64,000 nucleotides of DNA from Burkholderiales bacterium (lineage in GTDB: Bacteria; Pseudomonadota; Gammaproteobacteria; Burkholderiales; SG8-39): positions 14,419 through 78,418 of the forward strand of contig DATAID010000070.1 in assembly GCA_036262835.1 (NCBI GenBank). Direction: 5' to 3'. This document shows positions 1-14,333 of this stretch, piece after piece. Under the pieces are notes generated by a model that saw nothing but the letters and a program-made list of their open reading frames with translations, did no database searches and was not told the DNA's origin. The first letter of the stretch is position 1. Each line of letters opens with the position of its first letter. Both the position numbers and the translations under genes were made by a program.

Positions 1-1
1 G

Positions 2-208
2 TGCGTGGATACGTCGGTGCGCGCGGCCTCCGACCTCGGCTTTCAGTGCTCGCTCGCCGCCGACGGCTGCGCCACGCGCGAGCTGCAGTTCGGCGGCAGG
101 AAGATTGCGGCGGCGGAGGTGCAGCTGTCCTACCTTGCCGGACTCAACGGGGCGTTCGCCGCGGTCAAGCCGGCGGCGGAGCTTTGCGCGGAGCTGAAGG
201 GATCGTGA
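2..208 (+). CDS. isochorismatase-family cysteine hydrolase, C-terminal fragment (5' end outside window)
   Basis: Frame is open from the window edge to TGA at 206-208. CVDTSVRAASDLGF...AADGCATRE resembles the catalytic-Cys strand and C-terminal part of isochorismatase-like hydrolases. Confidence 0.55.
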   Translation, partial: CVDTSVRAASDLGFQCSLAADGCATRELQFGGRKIAAAEVQLSYLAGLNGAFAAVKPAAELCAELKGS

Positions 209-338
209 ATTAGTTTTGAATTTCCCGACGCTGCGGCCCGACAGGCGCGGCGTAATTCGATCGAACTGCGCATTTCGTCCCGGACTTTCCGCAACGGCCT
301 TCGTAATCTTGCCGACGTCTTCTCTCGTGGAGGCGGCC

Positions 339-827
339 ATGGCGACCCAGACGAGCGCACCCTTCTTCGGCACGCTCAACGAAGCGGCGGGGCTTTTCAA
401 CCGGTTCAAGGACGGGGAGACGTTTCGGCACCATGTCGAACAGCGCCTGCGGCTCATCATGCCGGTGTGCTGCCTGATGCTGCTCGTCTCGGTCTGCGCG
501 GGCGCGGGCGTCCTGCTTGCGCTCGGCCAGGTGCACCGCGGCCTCGCGCTCGCGGGCGTGCTTCTCATGCCGGTGATCCTGATCGGCAGCCTGTTCGTGC
601 AGGCCTACCTCTTCTTCGCCTGGCTCGAGAACCGGGCGCTTGCCCATCGCAGCCCCGGGCAGGCCCAGGCCTGCCTGGGCAAGCTGCCGCCGGTGCCCTG
701 GCTCCTCGCGAGCGCCTTGATCCTCATCCCGCTCGCTCTGCTCGCCACGGTGGCGTGGCACGGCGCGCTCGTGGTCGCGGGTCTCGCGGCTTTCGCGCCG
801 TTCGCATACGCGATGCTCGATCGCTGA
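339..827 (+). CDS. hypothetical integral membrane protein
   Basis: ATG at 339 is preceded by GGAGG. Several hydrophobic helices (LIMPVCCLMLLVSVCAGAGVLLAL, LLMPVILIGSLFVQAYLFFAW, WLLASALILIPLALLATVAW). High GC3. No family recognised. Confidence 0.6.
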   Translation: MATQTSAPFFGTLNEAAGLFNRFKDGETFRHHVEQRLRLIMPVCCLMLLVSVCAGAGVLLALGQVHRGLALAGVLLMPVILIGSLFVQAYLFFAWLENRALAHRSPGQAQACLGKLPPVPWLLASALILIPLALLATVAWHGALVVAGLAAFAPFAYAMLDR

Positions 828-841
828 GCGGATAGGTAGAC

Positions 842-1312
842 TTGGGACCGATGATGGTCGGTCCCACAGCGGTCCCCGCAGCGGCCCGGCGGCTCCTTGG
901 CGCAGTTGGCGTGGCGGCGCTGCTCGCGCTGCAGGGCTGCGCCACGGTCAAGTCGCTGACCGGAAGCGAATCGAACGCGCTGCCCCCTGTCCCGCAGGGC
1001 AAGGGGCGCATCGTCTTCTACCGCACCAACTTCGCGCTCGAGACGCAGGTGCCCGCCGTGGTCCTGAACGGCGAGCGCATCGGCAAGCCGCTGCACCGCG
1101 GCGTATTTTTCCGCGACGTCGCCCCGGGCAGCTACGCGGTGACGACCACGATCGCCTCGGACATCGTCAACTTCCGCGTCAACGCCGGCGAGCGGGTCTA
1201 CGTGAAGCTGAATCCGGGGTGGGGCTTCCGGATCGCGCCGCTGCTGGTCGAGCCCGCGACCGGAGAGGCGGAGTCGTCCGGGATGACGCTGGTGCAGCCG
1301 TCCCCGAAGTAA
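842..1312 (+). CDS. lipoprotein, DUF2846-like
   Basis: Signal peptide with lipobox LALQGC. GRIVFYR...VVLNGERIG...PGSY...AGERVYVKL pattern is typical of DUF2846. Start uncertain (TTG 842 or ATG 851). Confidence 0.6.
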   Translation: MGPMMVGPTAVPAAARRLLGAVGVAALLALQGCATVKSLTGSESNALPPVPQGKGRIVFYRTNFALETQVPAVVLNGERIGKPLHRGVFFRDVAPGSYAVTTTIASDIVNFRVNAGERVYVKLNPGWGFRIAPLLVEPATGEAESSGMTLVQPSPK

Positions 1313-1344
1313 CAAAATAAAATGAAGCAAGGAGGGAAATAAAA

Positions 1345-2307
1345 ATGCAGAGTATTCGAACCCTGGTTCTGGCGGCCGCGGCCCTCGCGGCATCGGCTGG
1401 GGCGCTCGCGCAGGAATGGCCGAGCCGCCCGATCAGGCTCCTCACGCCCGCCGCGCAGGGCGGCACGACCGACATCCTCGCGCGCGTCTTCAGCGCGAAA
1501 CTCGCCGAGGTGCTCAAGCAGCCGGTGCTGGTGGAGAACCGTGCGAGCGCCTCGGGCGTGATCGCGGGCGAGATGACGGCGAAAGCGCCGCCCGACGGCT
1601 ATACGCTGATCCTCGCCTATCACCAGCACACGGTGAACGCGGCGCTCAACCCCAAGCTGCCTTATCACCCGGTGAACGACTTCACGCCGATCACGCAGCT
1701 CACCACCGCGGGCCTGCTTCTCGTCGTCAATCCGGGCTCGCCGCCCAGGAACCTGGCCGAGTTCATGGACTGGACCAAGAGCTACAAGGGCCTGCTCAAC
1801 TACGGCTCGGCCGGCATCGGCAGCGGCGGGCACATGGCGGGCGAGCTCTTCAAGCAGCTCACCGGCGTCAAGGCCGAGCACATTCCCTACAAGGGCTCGG
1901 GCCCGGCGATCGCGGACCTCGTCGGCGGCGTGTACGCCTACAACTTCGCGGGCATGCAGGCGGCGCAGACGCTCGTGCGGGCGGGCAAGCTGCGCGCGAT
2001 CGCGGTGACGAACCCGAAGCGCGTTCCCGCGCTGCCGGATGTCCCCGCCATGGCCGAGGCGCTGCCCGGCTTCGAGGTGGTCGGCTGGTACGGCATCCTC
2101 GGACCCGCCAACCTGCCCAGGCCGATCGTCGCGCGCCTGCACGAGGAGCTGGTGAAGATCCTCAACCAGCCCGACGTGCACGAGCGCATCGTCGCCGACG
2201 GCTCGGCGCCGGCGGGAACCTCGCCCGAGGAGTTCACGAAGTTCCTTCACGCCGACCTCGCCAAGTGGGCGAAGGTCGTGAAGGAGAGCGGAGCGAAAGC
2301 GAACTAG
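1345..2307 (+). CDS. Bug-family (TctC-like) tripartite tricarboxylate transporter substrate-binding protein
   Basis: Strong SD (AAGGAGG) and a signal peptide. WPSRPIRLLTPAAQGGTTD, ENRASASG and YGSAGIGSGGH motifs are typical of Bug/TctC receptors. Confidence 0.9.
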   Translation: MQSIRTLVLAAAALAASAGALAQEWPSRPIRLLTPAAQGGTTDILARVFSAKLAEVLKQPVLVENRASASGVIAGEMTAKAPPDGYTLILAYHQHTVNAALNPKLPYHPVNDFTPITQLTTAGLLLVVNPGSPPRNLAEFMDWTKSYKGLLNYGSAGIGSGGHMAGELFKQLTGVKAEHIPYKGSGPAIADLVGGVYAYNFAGMQAAQTLVRAGKLRAIAVTNPKRVPALPDVPAMAEALPGFEVVGWYGILGPANLPRPIVARLHEELVKILNQPDVHERIVADGSAPAGTSPEEFTKFLHADLAKWAKVVKESGAKAN

Positions 2308-2978
2308 TAGGCCGGCGCCCCGAACAGAATGGGGTGGGCCCAGAAGAAGACGCCGTAGAGCGCGAGCCCGATCGCCGGGTTGCGCCAGCCGATCTCGGCG
2401 AAGTTGAGCCGGTTGCGCCCTTGGGCGATCGCGACGAAGGGCACGTTCGAGGTGACGCCGGCGAAGCGCTTCCAGTCGTCGCCGAGCGTTCTCGCCTTGC
2501 GCCCGTCCATGAGCAGGGTGCCGAGCGCGGCGACGGCGAAGAGGCCGCCGAAGAAGACGACCGAATTGAGCTCGCCGCGCGCGAGCACGTGCGCGGCGCC
2601 CCAGATCATGAAGCCCCACATGATCGGGTGGCGCGTGACGCGGATGATGCCGCGCGCCGGCTCCTCGCTCTTCAGCAGCCGGTCGGCGCCGACCAGCGTC
2701 GGATTGCGCGCGAAAAGGCCGCAGGCGAGGAGCACGAAGGCGACCGGCATGATCCAGACCGGCAGCTCGCGCCAGCCCTGCCAGAGCGGCTCGTCGGTGG
2801 CGCGCGCGAATGCCCAGATCATCCAGCCGAGGGTGGCGAAGGCGACCAGCGAGTAGAGCGCGGTATAGGGCCGCTCGCCCAGGCCACGCACCAGGGCGCC
2901 GCGCAGCGGCGTGCTGGTCACGAAATGGGTCGCGATGAACGCAGCGGTGGCGAACCAGAGCTGGGCCGCCGGATCCAT
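2304..2978 (-). CDS. NnrU family membrane protein
   Basis: Polytopic membrane protein. RVTRHPIMWGFMIWGAAHV and GRKARTLGDDWKRF match NnrU-family signatures. ATG at 2978 lies 1 nt after the pepN stop, so it is probably co-transcribed. Confidence 0.8.
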   Translation of the reverse strand: MDPAAQLWFATAAFIATHFVTSTPLRGALVRGLGERPYTALYSLVAFATLGWMIWAFARATDEPLWQGWRELPVWIMPVAFVLLACGLFARNPTLVGADRLLKSEEPARGIIRVTRHPIMWGFMIWGAAHVLARGELNSVVFFGGLFAVAALGTLLMDGRKARTLGDDWKRFAGVTSNVPFVAIAQGRNRLNFAEIGWRNPAIGLALYGVFFWAHPILFGAPAY

Positions 2979-2979
2979 C

Positions 2980-5490
2980 TCAGGCAAGTGCCTTGGTCAC
3001 GATCTCCGTCACGTCCTTCGATATCCCCCTGGTATCGCGGATGCGGGCGAGCTCCCCGCTCGCCTTGCTCCGCCTATTCTCGTCAAATCGCTTCCAGCGG
3101 TCAAAGCCGCGCGCCATCCGGGCGGCCACCTGCGGGTTGAGCCGGTCCAGGGCGATCACCTGGTCGGCGAGGAAGGCGTAGCCCGAGCCGTCGGCCGAGT
3201 GGAAGCGCACGTGGTTGGCGGCGAAGGTGCGCACAAGCGCGTATACCTTGTTCGGCACCCGCAGGTCGAAGGCGCGGTGCCCGAGCAGGGTGCGCACCCG
3301 CTCCAGCGTCCCGGGCAGGCGCGAGCCCGCCTGCACCGCGAGCCATTTGTCCACGACCAGCGGCTCGTCCTGCCAGCGCGCGTAGAAGGCGTCGAGCGCC
3401 TCCTCGCGCTCCGGGCAGTCGAGATGCGAGAGCGCGGCGAGGGCCGCCATCGAGTCGGTCATGTTGTCGGCGCGCTTGAACTGCCGCGCGGCGAGCGCCG
3501 GGCCCTCGAGGTCGGAGAGATAGCCGAGGATGAGGTTGCGCAGCGCGCGCTTGCCCGTCGAGGCCGAATCGGGGCTGTAGGGCGCGGCGATTTTCAGCTT
3601 CTCATAGCAGGAAAGAAAATCGTCCTTCAGGAAAGCCGAAACCTCGCGCCGCAGCCGGTTCCTCGCCTCGTGCAGGGCGTCGGGATCGACCATGCTCATC
3701 TGCTCGGCCAGGAAGGTTTCCGAGGGCAGGGCGAGGCACTCGGCCACGAACGCGTGATCGGCCAGGCCGAGCAGCGCCTTGAGCGAGGCGAGGAACGCTT
3801 TGCCCGGCGCGCCGCCTTTTTCCAGGATGATCTCGGCGGCGAGCTGCTGCGCCGCCTCCCAGCGGTTGAATGGATCGTCGTCGTGCGCGAGCAGGTGGAC
3901 GAGCTCGGCCTCGGGATAGGAGTACTTGAGGATCACCGGCGCCGAGAATCCGCGCAGCAGCGACGGAATCGGGCGCGCGGCCAGCCCTTTGAACGCGAAG
4001 GTCTGCGTTTTTTCCCGGATCGACAGGATCTGCTCCTCGCGCCCCACCTTGACCGCGAAGGGGATGTGAAAGGGCGGATCGATGGACTGCGTCACGGTCA
4101 GCTCGAACACGCCGTCCTTGAAGACGCCCGAGCAGTCGAGCACGGGCGTGCCCGAAACGTCGTACCAGCGCTTGAATTGCGCGAGATCGACGCCTGAGGC
4201 GTCCTGCATCGCCTGCACGAAGTCGTCGCAGGTGACGGCCTGCCCGTCGTGGCGCTTGAAGTACAGGCGCATGCCGGCCTGGAACTTGTCCTCGCCGAGG
4301 AGCGTGTGCTGCATGCGCACGACCTCCGCGCCTTTCTCGTACACCGTCATCGTGTAGAAGTTGCGGATCTCCTCGTAGGACTGCGGGCGCACCGGGTGCG
4401 CCATCGGCCCGGCGTCCTCCGGGAACTGCCCGGCGCGCAGGCCGCGCACTTCCTGGATGCGCGTGACGGCGCGCGAGTAGGTGTCGGCGCCGTACTCCTG
4501 GTCGCGGAACACCGTGAGGCCTTCCTTCAGCGAGAGCTGGAACCAGTCGCGGCAGGTGACGCGGTTGCCGGTCCAGTTGTGGAAGTACTCGTGCGCGACC
4601 ACCCGGTCGATGTTGAGGTAGTCGGTATCGGTGGCGGTGTCGGGGCGCGCGAGGATGTACTTGGCGTTGAAGATGTTGAGGCCCTTGTTCTCCATCGCGC
4701 CGGAGTTGAAGTCGCCCACCGCGACGATCTTGTACTCGTCCAGGTCGAGCTCCAGGCCGAAGCGCCGCTCGTCCCACCGCATCGCGCGCTTGAGGCAGTC
4801 CATCGCCCAGGCGGCCTGGTCGAGCTTGCCGCGCTCGACGTAGATGGAAAGCTTCTTTTCTGCTTTCGATTTCGATACGAACTCGCCCTTCAATTCCTCG
4901 AGATCCGCGGCGACCAGCGCAAAAAGATAGGAGGGCTTCGGAAAGGGATCCTCGAAGCGCGCCCAGTGGCGTCCCTGCGGCTCTTCGCCCGCGGCAACGC
5001 GGTTTCCATTGGAAAGGAGCACTGGATACCTCGCCTTGTCGGCGTGCACCGTGGTGCTGAAGCGCGCGAGGTTGTCCGGCCGGTCGACGAACCAGGTGAT
5101 GCGCCGGAAGCCCTGCGCCTCGCACTGCGTGACGAAGCCGCTCTTCGTCGCATACAGGCCCTCGAGCGCCGTGTTCTTCTGCGGGCAGATCCGCGAGACC
5201 GTCTCGAGGGTGAAGCTTTCGGGGACGGAAGGGATCTTGAGCGTTTCTCCGCTCACCTCATGGGGGACTTCCTTCCCGTCGAGGCGAACCGATAGCAATT
5301 CCAGCTCCTCTCCGTCCAGGACGAGGGGCGCGCCTCGCTCGGGCGAGGCGGGGTTGCGGCGAACGGTGAGGGTGGCCTTCGACAGGGCGTCGTCGGCCCG
5401 GATGTCAACGTCGAGGGCGATGCCCGTGATGAGATACGCCGGCGGAGCGTAGTCTTTCAGGTGAACGGCTTTGGCTTGGGCTTCCCGCAT
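2980..5490 (-). CDS. pepN: aminopeptidase N
   Basis: GAMEN exopeptidase motif and HEYFHNWTGNRVT...E zinc site. Length of about 836 aa. The N-terminus MREAQAKAVHLKDYAPPAYLI aligns with the PepN start. Upstream in-frame codons look non-coding. Confidence 0.95.
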   Translation of the reverse strand: MREAQAKAVHLKDYAPPAYLITGIALDVDIRADDALSKATLTVRRNPASPERGAPLVLDGEELELLSVRLDGKEVPHEVSGETLKIPSVPESFTLETVSRICPQKNTALEGLYATKSGFVTQCEAQGFRRITWFVDRPDNLARFSTTVHADKARYPVLLSNGNRVAAGEEPQGRHWARFEDPFPKPSYLFALVAADLEELKGEFVSKSKAEKKLSIYVERGKLDQAAWAMDCLKRAMRWDERRFGLELDLDEYKIVAVGDFNSGAMENKGLNIFNAKYILARPDTATDTDYLNIDRVVAHEYFHNWTGNRVTCRDWFQLSLKEGLTVFRDQEYGADTYSRAVTRIQEVRGLRAGQFPEDAGPMAHPVRPQSYEEIRNFYTMTVYEKGAEVVRMQHTLLGEDKFQAGMRLYFKRHDGQAVTCDDFVQAMQDASGVDLAQFKRWYDVSGTPVLDCSGVFKDGVFELTVTQSIDPPFHIPFAVKVGREEQILSIREKTQTFAFKGLAARPIPSLLRGFSAPVILKYSYPEAELVHLLAHDDDPFNRWEAAQQLAAEIILEKGGAPGKAFLASLKALLGLADHAFVAECLALPSETFLAEQMSMVDPDALHEARNRLRREVSAFLKDDFLSCYEKLKIAAPYSPDSASTGKRALRNLILGYLSDLEGPALAARQFKRADNMTDSMAALAALSHLDCPEREEALDAFYARWQDEPLVVDKWLAVQAGSRLPGTLERVRTLLGHRAFDLRVPNKVYALVRTFAANHVRFHSADGSGYAFLADQVIALDRLNPQVAARMARGFDRWKRFDENRRSKASGELARIRDTRGISKDVTEIVTKALA

Positions 5491-5839
5491 TGAAGGTGTG
5501 AACGTAGTAAATCGGATAGGCGTAGGTCGAGCGCGCATGGCCAGCGCTCAATGGCCGCGAGTATCCCACGGGGGCCGAGCGCTGCGCAGCCGCCCACTGG
5601 CGCATGCGGGCGTCAAAATCCTCGCGTTCCTCCCGCTCCCAGCGCTGGCGCGCGAGGTCGAGCTGGCGCCGCGCCTCGGGCGTAGCCACGTTGACGCTCG
5701 GCAGGCTGAGCGCCGGCTGGCCCGGCTGGGCCGGCCGATCGCTGTAGGTGACGTTGCCGTCCGCATCCACGTGCTTGTAGAACGCGCCCGCGGAAACGTC
5801 GAACGCCAATCCGAGCAGAACCAGCCCAAGCATCCGCAT
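5405..5839 (-). CDS. DUF4124 domain protein (secreted)
   Basis: Signal peptide followed by FYKHVDADGNVTYSDRP, the DUF4124 signature. The tail overlaps the pepN start by 86 nt. Confidence 0.6.
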   Translation of the reverse strand: MRMLGLVLLGLAFDVSAGAFYKHVDADGNVTYSDRPAQPGQPALSLPSVNVATPEARRQLDLARQRWEREEREDFDARMRQWAAAQRSAPVGYSRPLSAGHARSTYAYPIYYVHTFNAGSPSQSRSPERLRSAGVSHHGHRPRR

Positions 5840-5860
5840 GCCGCTAGACTAGCCACCGCC

Positions 5861-7252
5861 ATGCCGCTTCGCAACGCGCTTTACGAGCTGTTACAGGCCG
5901 GCGGTCTGCCGCAATCGCTTGCAACGGATGTCAGCTTCTCGGGCGCCGATCCGGTGCTCCCGACGCCCTATCGCATCGGCACGGCGGGCGCCGCCGCGCT
6001 GGCCGCCGTGGGGCTTGCGGTATCCGATGTGTGGTTCCTGCGAACGAAGAGAAAACAGCGCGTCTCGGTCGACGTGCCCGCCGCCGCGGCGTCGCTGAGG
6101 AGCGCGCGCTACCTGAAAATCGACGGCAAGCCGCCGCCCAATCCGTGGGACCCGCTTAGCGGCTACTACCCCGTGCGCGGGGGCCGCTGGGTCAGCATCC
6201 ACAGCAATTTCCCCAACCATCGCGACGCCGCGATGAAGGTGCTGGGCGCGGGCCTCGATCGCGAAGCCGCCGAGCAGGCGAGCCGCAAATGGGAGGGGCT
6301 GGAGCTCGAGGAGGCCATTCACGCGGCCGGCGGCTGCGCGGCCCTGGCGCGCACCGCGGCGGAATGGAGCGCTCATCCGCATTCTTCGGCAGTGGCTCGG
6401 GAACCCCTCATTGAAATTAGGAAGATTTCGGATTCAAAGCCGGAGCCGCTGAAAGACGAGCCTCGTCCCCTGAGCGGAATCCGCGTTCTCGACCTCACCC
6501 GGGTGCTGGCCGGGCCGACTTGCGCGCGCACGCTCGCCGAGCACGGCGCCGAGGTCCTCAAGATCAGCGCCGCTCACCTGCCGGACTCCGGCCCGACCGA
6601 GATCGACACCGGGCTCGGAAAGCTTTCCGCCTTTGTTGATTTAAGGAAGGACGAAGGGCGAAACCGGTTGAAAAGCCTCCTGGCCCAGGCAGACGTATTC
6701 TCCCAGTCCTACCGGCCGGGAGCGCTGGCGGCGCGCGGTTTCTCGCCCGACGAAGCGGCGCGGGTGCGCCCGGGCATCGTCTATGTGACGCTGAGCGCGT
6801 GGGGCGCGCAGGGGCCGTGGAGCGCGCGGCGCGGCTTCGACTCGATCGTGCAGACCGTGAGCGGCATGGCGGTCGCGCAAACGGGCGGCTCCGATCCTGC
6901 GCAGAAGCCGAAGCTCATGCCCGTTTCGGCGATCGACTACGTGAGCGGCTACCTGATGGCGTACGGCGCGCTCGTCGCGCTGGCGCGGCGCGCGCGCGAG
7001 GGCGGCAGCTGGCTCGTGCGCGTCTCGCTCGCGCGAACGGGCAAGTGGATCGTGGATCGGGGCTTCTTCGAGGGCTTCCTGGAAGTGCCCGAGGATCTGC
7101 CGGCGGGCGCGCTCAGGAAATTGCTCGAGGAACGCGAGACGCCGTACGGACGCGTTGCGCATCTCAAGCCGGTGCTCGAGCTTTCGGAAACCCCAGCGAG
7201 ATGGGACCGCCCGCCGGTGCCGCTCGGCAGCAGTCCCGCGGCCTGGCCCTAG
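5861..7252 (+). CDS. family III (CaiB/BaiF) CoA-transferase, atypical 463-aa architecture
   Basis: LSGIRVLDLTRVLAGPTCARTLAEHGAEVLKI, the Rossmann start of family III enzymes, appears only at about residue 220. The N-terminal part resembles the central helix plus small domain of the same family. Confidence 0.85.
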   Translation: MPLRNALYELLQAGGLPQSLATDVSFSGADPVLPTPYRIGTAGAAALAAVGLAVSDVWFLRTKRKQRVSVDVPAAAASLRSARYLKIDGKPPPNPWDPLSGYYPVRGGRWVSIHSNFPNHRDAAMKVLGAGLDREAAEQASRKWEGLELEEAIHAAGGCAALARTAAEWSAHPHSSAVAREPLIEIRKISDSKPEPLKDEPRPLSGIRVLDLTRVLAGPTCARTLAEHGAEVLKISAAHLPDSGPTEIDTGLGKLSAFVDLRKDEGRNRLKSLLAQADVFSQSYRPGALAARGFSPDEAARVRPGIVYVTLSAWGAQGPWSARRGFDSIVQTVSGMAVAQTGGSDPAQKPKLMPVSAIDYVSGYLMAYGALVALARRAREGGSWLVRVSLARTGKWIVDRGFFEGFLEVPEDLPAGALRKLLEERETPYGRVAHLKPVLELSETPARWDRPPVPLGSSPAAWP

Positions 7253-7887
7253 GCCGACTTCTGCTGCATGCGCTTGATGAGTCCGTCGATGCCGGAAGTG
7301 CGCGTGATGTTCTCGAACTCCGCGCGGTAGGTGAGCACGAGGCTCACGCCTTCCACGGCGATGTCGTAGATCTTCCAGCCCTCGGGCGTCTTGTGCATCG
7401 AATATTCGACCGGCGTAGGCGGCTGACCCGGGCTCAGGTACTGGTTGCGCACCACGACTTCGGTCGCGCCGGGCTGCATGCGCACCGGCAGCACCTTCAT
7501 CGTCTGCCCCTGGTAGCGCTCGATCGCGTTGGAGTAGATGCGCACGAGCATGGTGCGGAACGCCTTGGTCAGCTGCTCCTGCTGCTCGGGCGAGGCCTGG
7601 CTCCAGGAACGGCCCATGGCGAGGTGCACCGCCTCCTTGAAGTCGATGTGCGGCAGGACCTTCTCCTCGGCGAGCTGCAGCGCCTTCTGCTTGTCGCCGG
7701 CCTGCAGCTTCTTGTCCGACTGGATCGAGCCGAGCACGTCGCTCGTGACCTGCTTCACCAGGTCTTCGGGGCTCAACTGCGAGGCCTGTCCCTGCGATTG
7801 GGGCTGCGCCTTGGGCGCCTGCGATTGCTGGGCCGCCGCGGATGCCGCCACGACGAGGGAAACCACGAACGCGAGGGTCGTTTTCAT
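7249..7887 (-). CDS. MlaC/Ttg2D-family phospholipid-binding periplasmic protein
   Basis: Signal peptide. LPHIDFKEAVHLAMGRSW...QQEQLTKAFRTMLVRIYS...WKIYDIAVEGVSLVLTYR matches the MlaC (toluene tolerance Ttg2D) family. No other mla genes are adjacent. Confidence 0.8.
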   Translation of the reverse strand: MKTTLAFVVSLVVAASAAAQQSQAPKAQPQSQGQASQLSPEDLVKQVTSDVLGSIQSDKKLQAGDKQKALQLAEEKVLPHIDFKEAVHLAMGRSWSQASPEQQEQLTKAFRTMLVRIYSNAIERYQGQTMKVLPVRMQPGATEVVVRNQYLSPGQPPTPVEYSMHKTPEGWKIYDIAVEGVSLVLTYRAEFENITRTSGIDGLIKRMQQKSA

Positions 7888-7923
7888 GCTGGAAAGACTA
7901 CTCCAGCAAGGTCGAGTTCCTGA

Positions 7924-13281
<5,358 letters not shown>

Positions 13282-13343
13282 CGGGCCGCTGGGGAATCCG
13301 CCATTTTAGCGGTCCCGAGCGTCCACTAACCGCTCAACGCCCC

Positions 13344-13538
13344 CTAGCGCTCGTCGTGCACTTCCAGGTTGCGCATGAGCGCGCCGCACCCGGCGCACTG
13401 GACCTCGCCCGCGGAGCCGAGCGTGAATTTCTCGTTGCCGCAGCGGGTGCAGTAGTAGCGGGGTTCCCCGACCGGCTCCGCCGGCAGCGGCCGGCGGCGC
13501 TCGTTACGGTAGGCGGAGAGGCGCACAAGCTTACCCAT
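13344..13538 (-). CDS. small zinc-ribbon protein (64 aa)
   Basis: CTRCGN...CAGCG gives two CxxC pairs 17 residues apart. High GC3. Same strand as the UvrA-like gene and 62 nt upstream of it. Confidence 0.55.
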   Translation of the reverse strand: MGKLVRLSAYRNERRRPLPAEPVGEPRYYCTRCGNEKFTLGSAGEVQCAGCGALMRNLEVHDER

Positions 13539-13737
13539 CAGGGTGCCAGCCTAGCCCCCGCCACGTTGCCGGCTTGCGCGAAGCCGTATAGCCCGGGCGG
13601 TGTGTAGGGCGCGCCGCTACAAGACCCGGCTGTCCGCAGTGACATAAAAAATTTGAATGAAGTGCAAGCATTCGCCCTACGCAAGCGTCATTGAACATCC
13701 CGCAGGGCGCTGCGCACCACCTAGGAGAGGAATCCAC

Positions 13738-14304
13738 ATGCCAAATGCGCAAAACAACCTGTTCGAGCTCTATCGGAGCGGCCTCATTTCCGCCCTCGAC
13801 GTCATGAAGGTCTGCCTGGAAGGGGCGGAGAAGCTGCGCTCGCAGCAGCTCGCGGCCATCCGCAACGCCATGACGGAGCTTTCCCGATCTTGCGACGAGG
13901 TCGGCGAGGCGAAGAGCTTCGAAACGCTGTTTGCGCTTCAGTCCCGTATTTCGGCATGGCAGTTCGAGAGGGTGCTCGGCCACTGGAGCGGCATCGCACA
14001 GGCAGGGAGCGAGTCGCAGGCCGAGGTGCTGAGGCAGGTGCACAAGCAGTTGATCCAGATCCGCGAGCGCTTCCGCGACACGCTGGATGCGGCCACCGGC
14101 GGCTCCGAGCCGCTGATGAACGCGATCCAGTCCATGCTGACCTCGACCTCGACCGCGTACGCGCTCAGCGCACGCGCCACGGAGGAGGCGGCCAAGTTCG
14201 GCGCCGCGCAGGCCGCCACGGCCGACGCGGCGATCCGCTACCAGGCCGAGAAGGCGGGTCGAAGCCAGCCGCGCGACGCTCGAGAGCAGCGGAGCGCCGC
14301 CTAG
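13738..14304 (+). CDS. phasin-family (PhaP-like) protein
   Basis: ATG at 13738 is preceded by GGAGAGG. All-helical, Ala/Gln/Glu-rich. N-terminal NLFELYRSGL...LEGAEKLRSQQLAA resembles the phasin family. Confidence 0.6.
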   Translation: MPNAQNNLFELYRSGLISALDVMKVCLEGAEKLRSQQLAAIRNAMTELSRSCDEVGEAKSFETLFALQSRISAWQFERVLGHWSGIAQAGSESQAEVLRQVHKQLIQIRERFRDTLDAATGGSEPLMNAIQSMLTSTSTAYALSARATEEAAKFGAAQAATADAAIRYQAEKAGRSQPRDAREQRSAA

Positions 14305-14333
14305 CCACGCGCTCGCCCTGCGGGAGCGCGGGG

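Noticed and set aside
7249-7887. A stand-alone MlaC homologue next to the UvrA-like gene, as part of a joint system.
   Set aside because: The two genes are on the same strand but have no functional logic linking lipid trafficking to a UvrA-like ATPase. MlaC-like paralogues outside mla operons are common. I could not support anything beyond adjacency.
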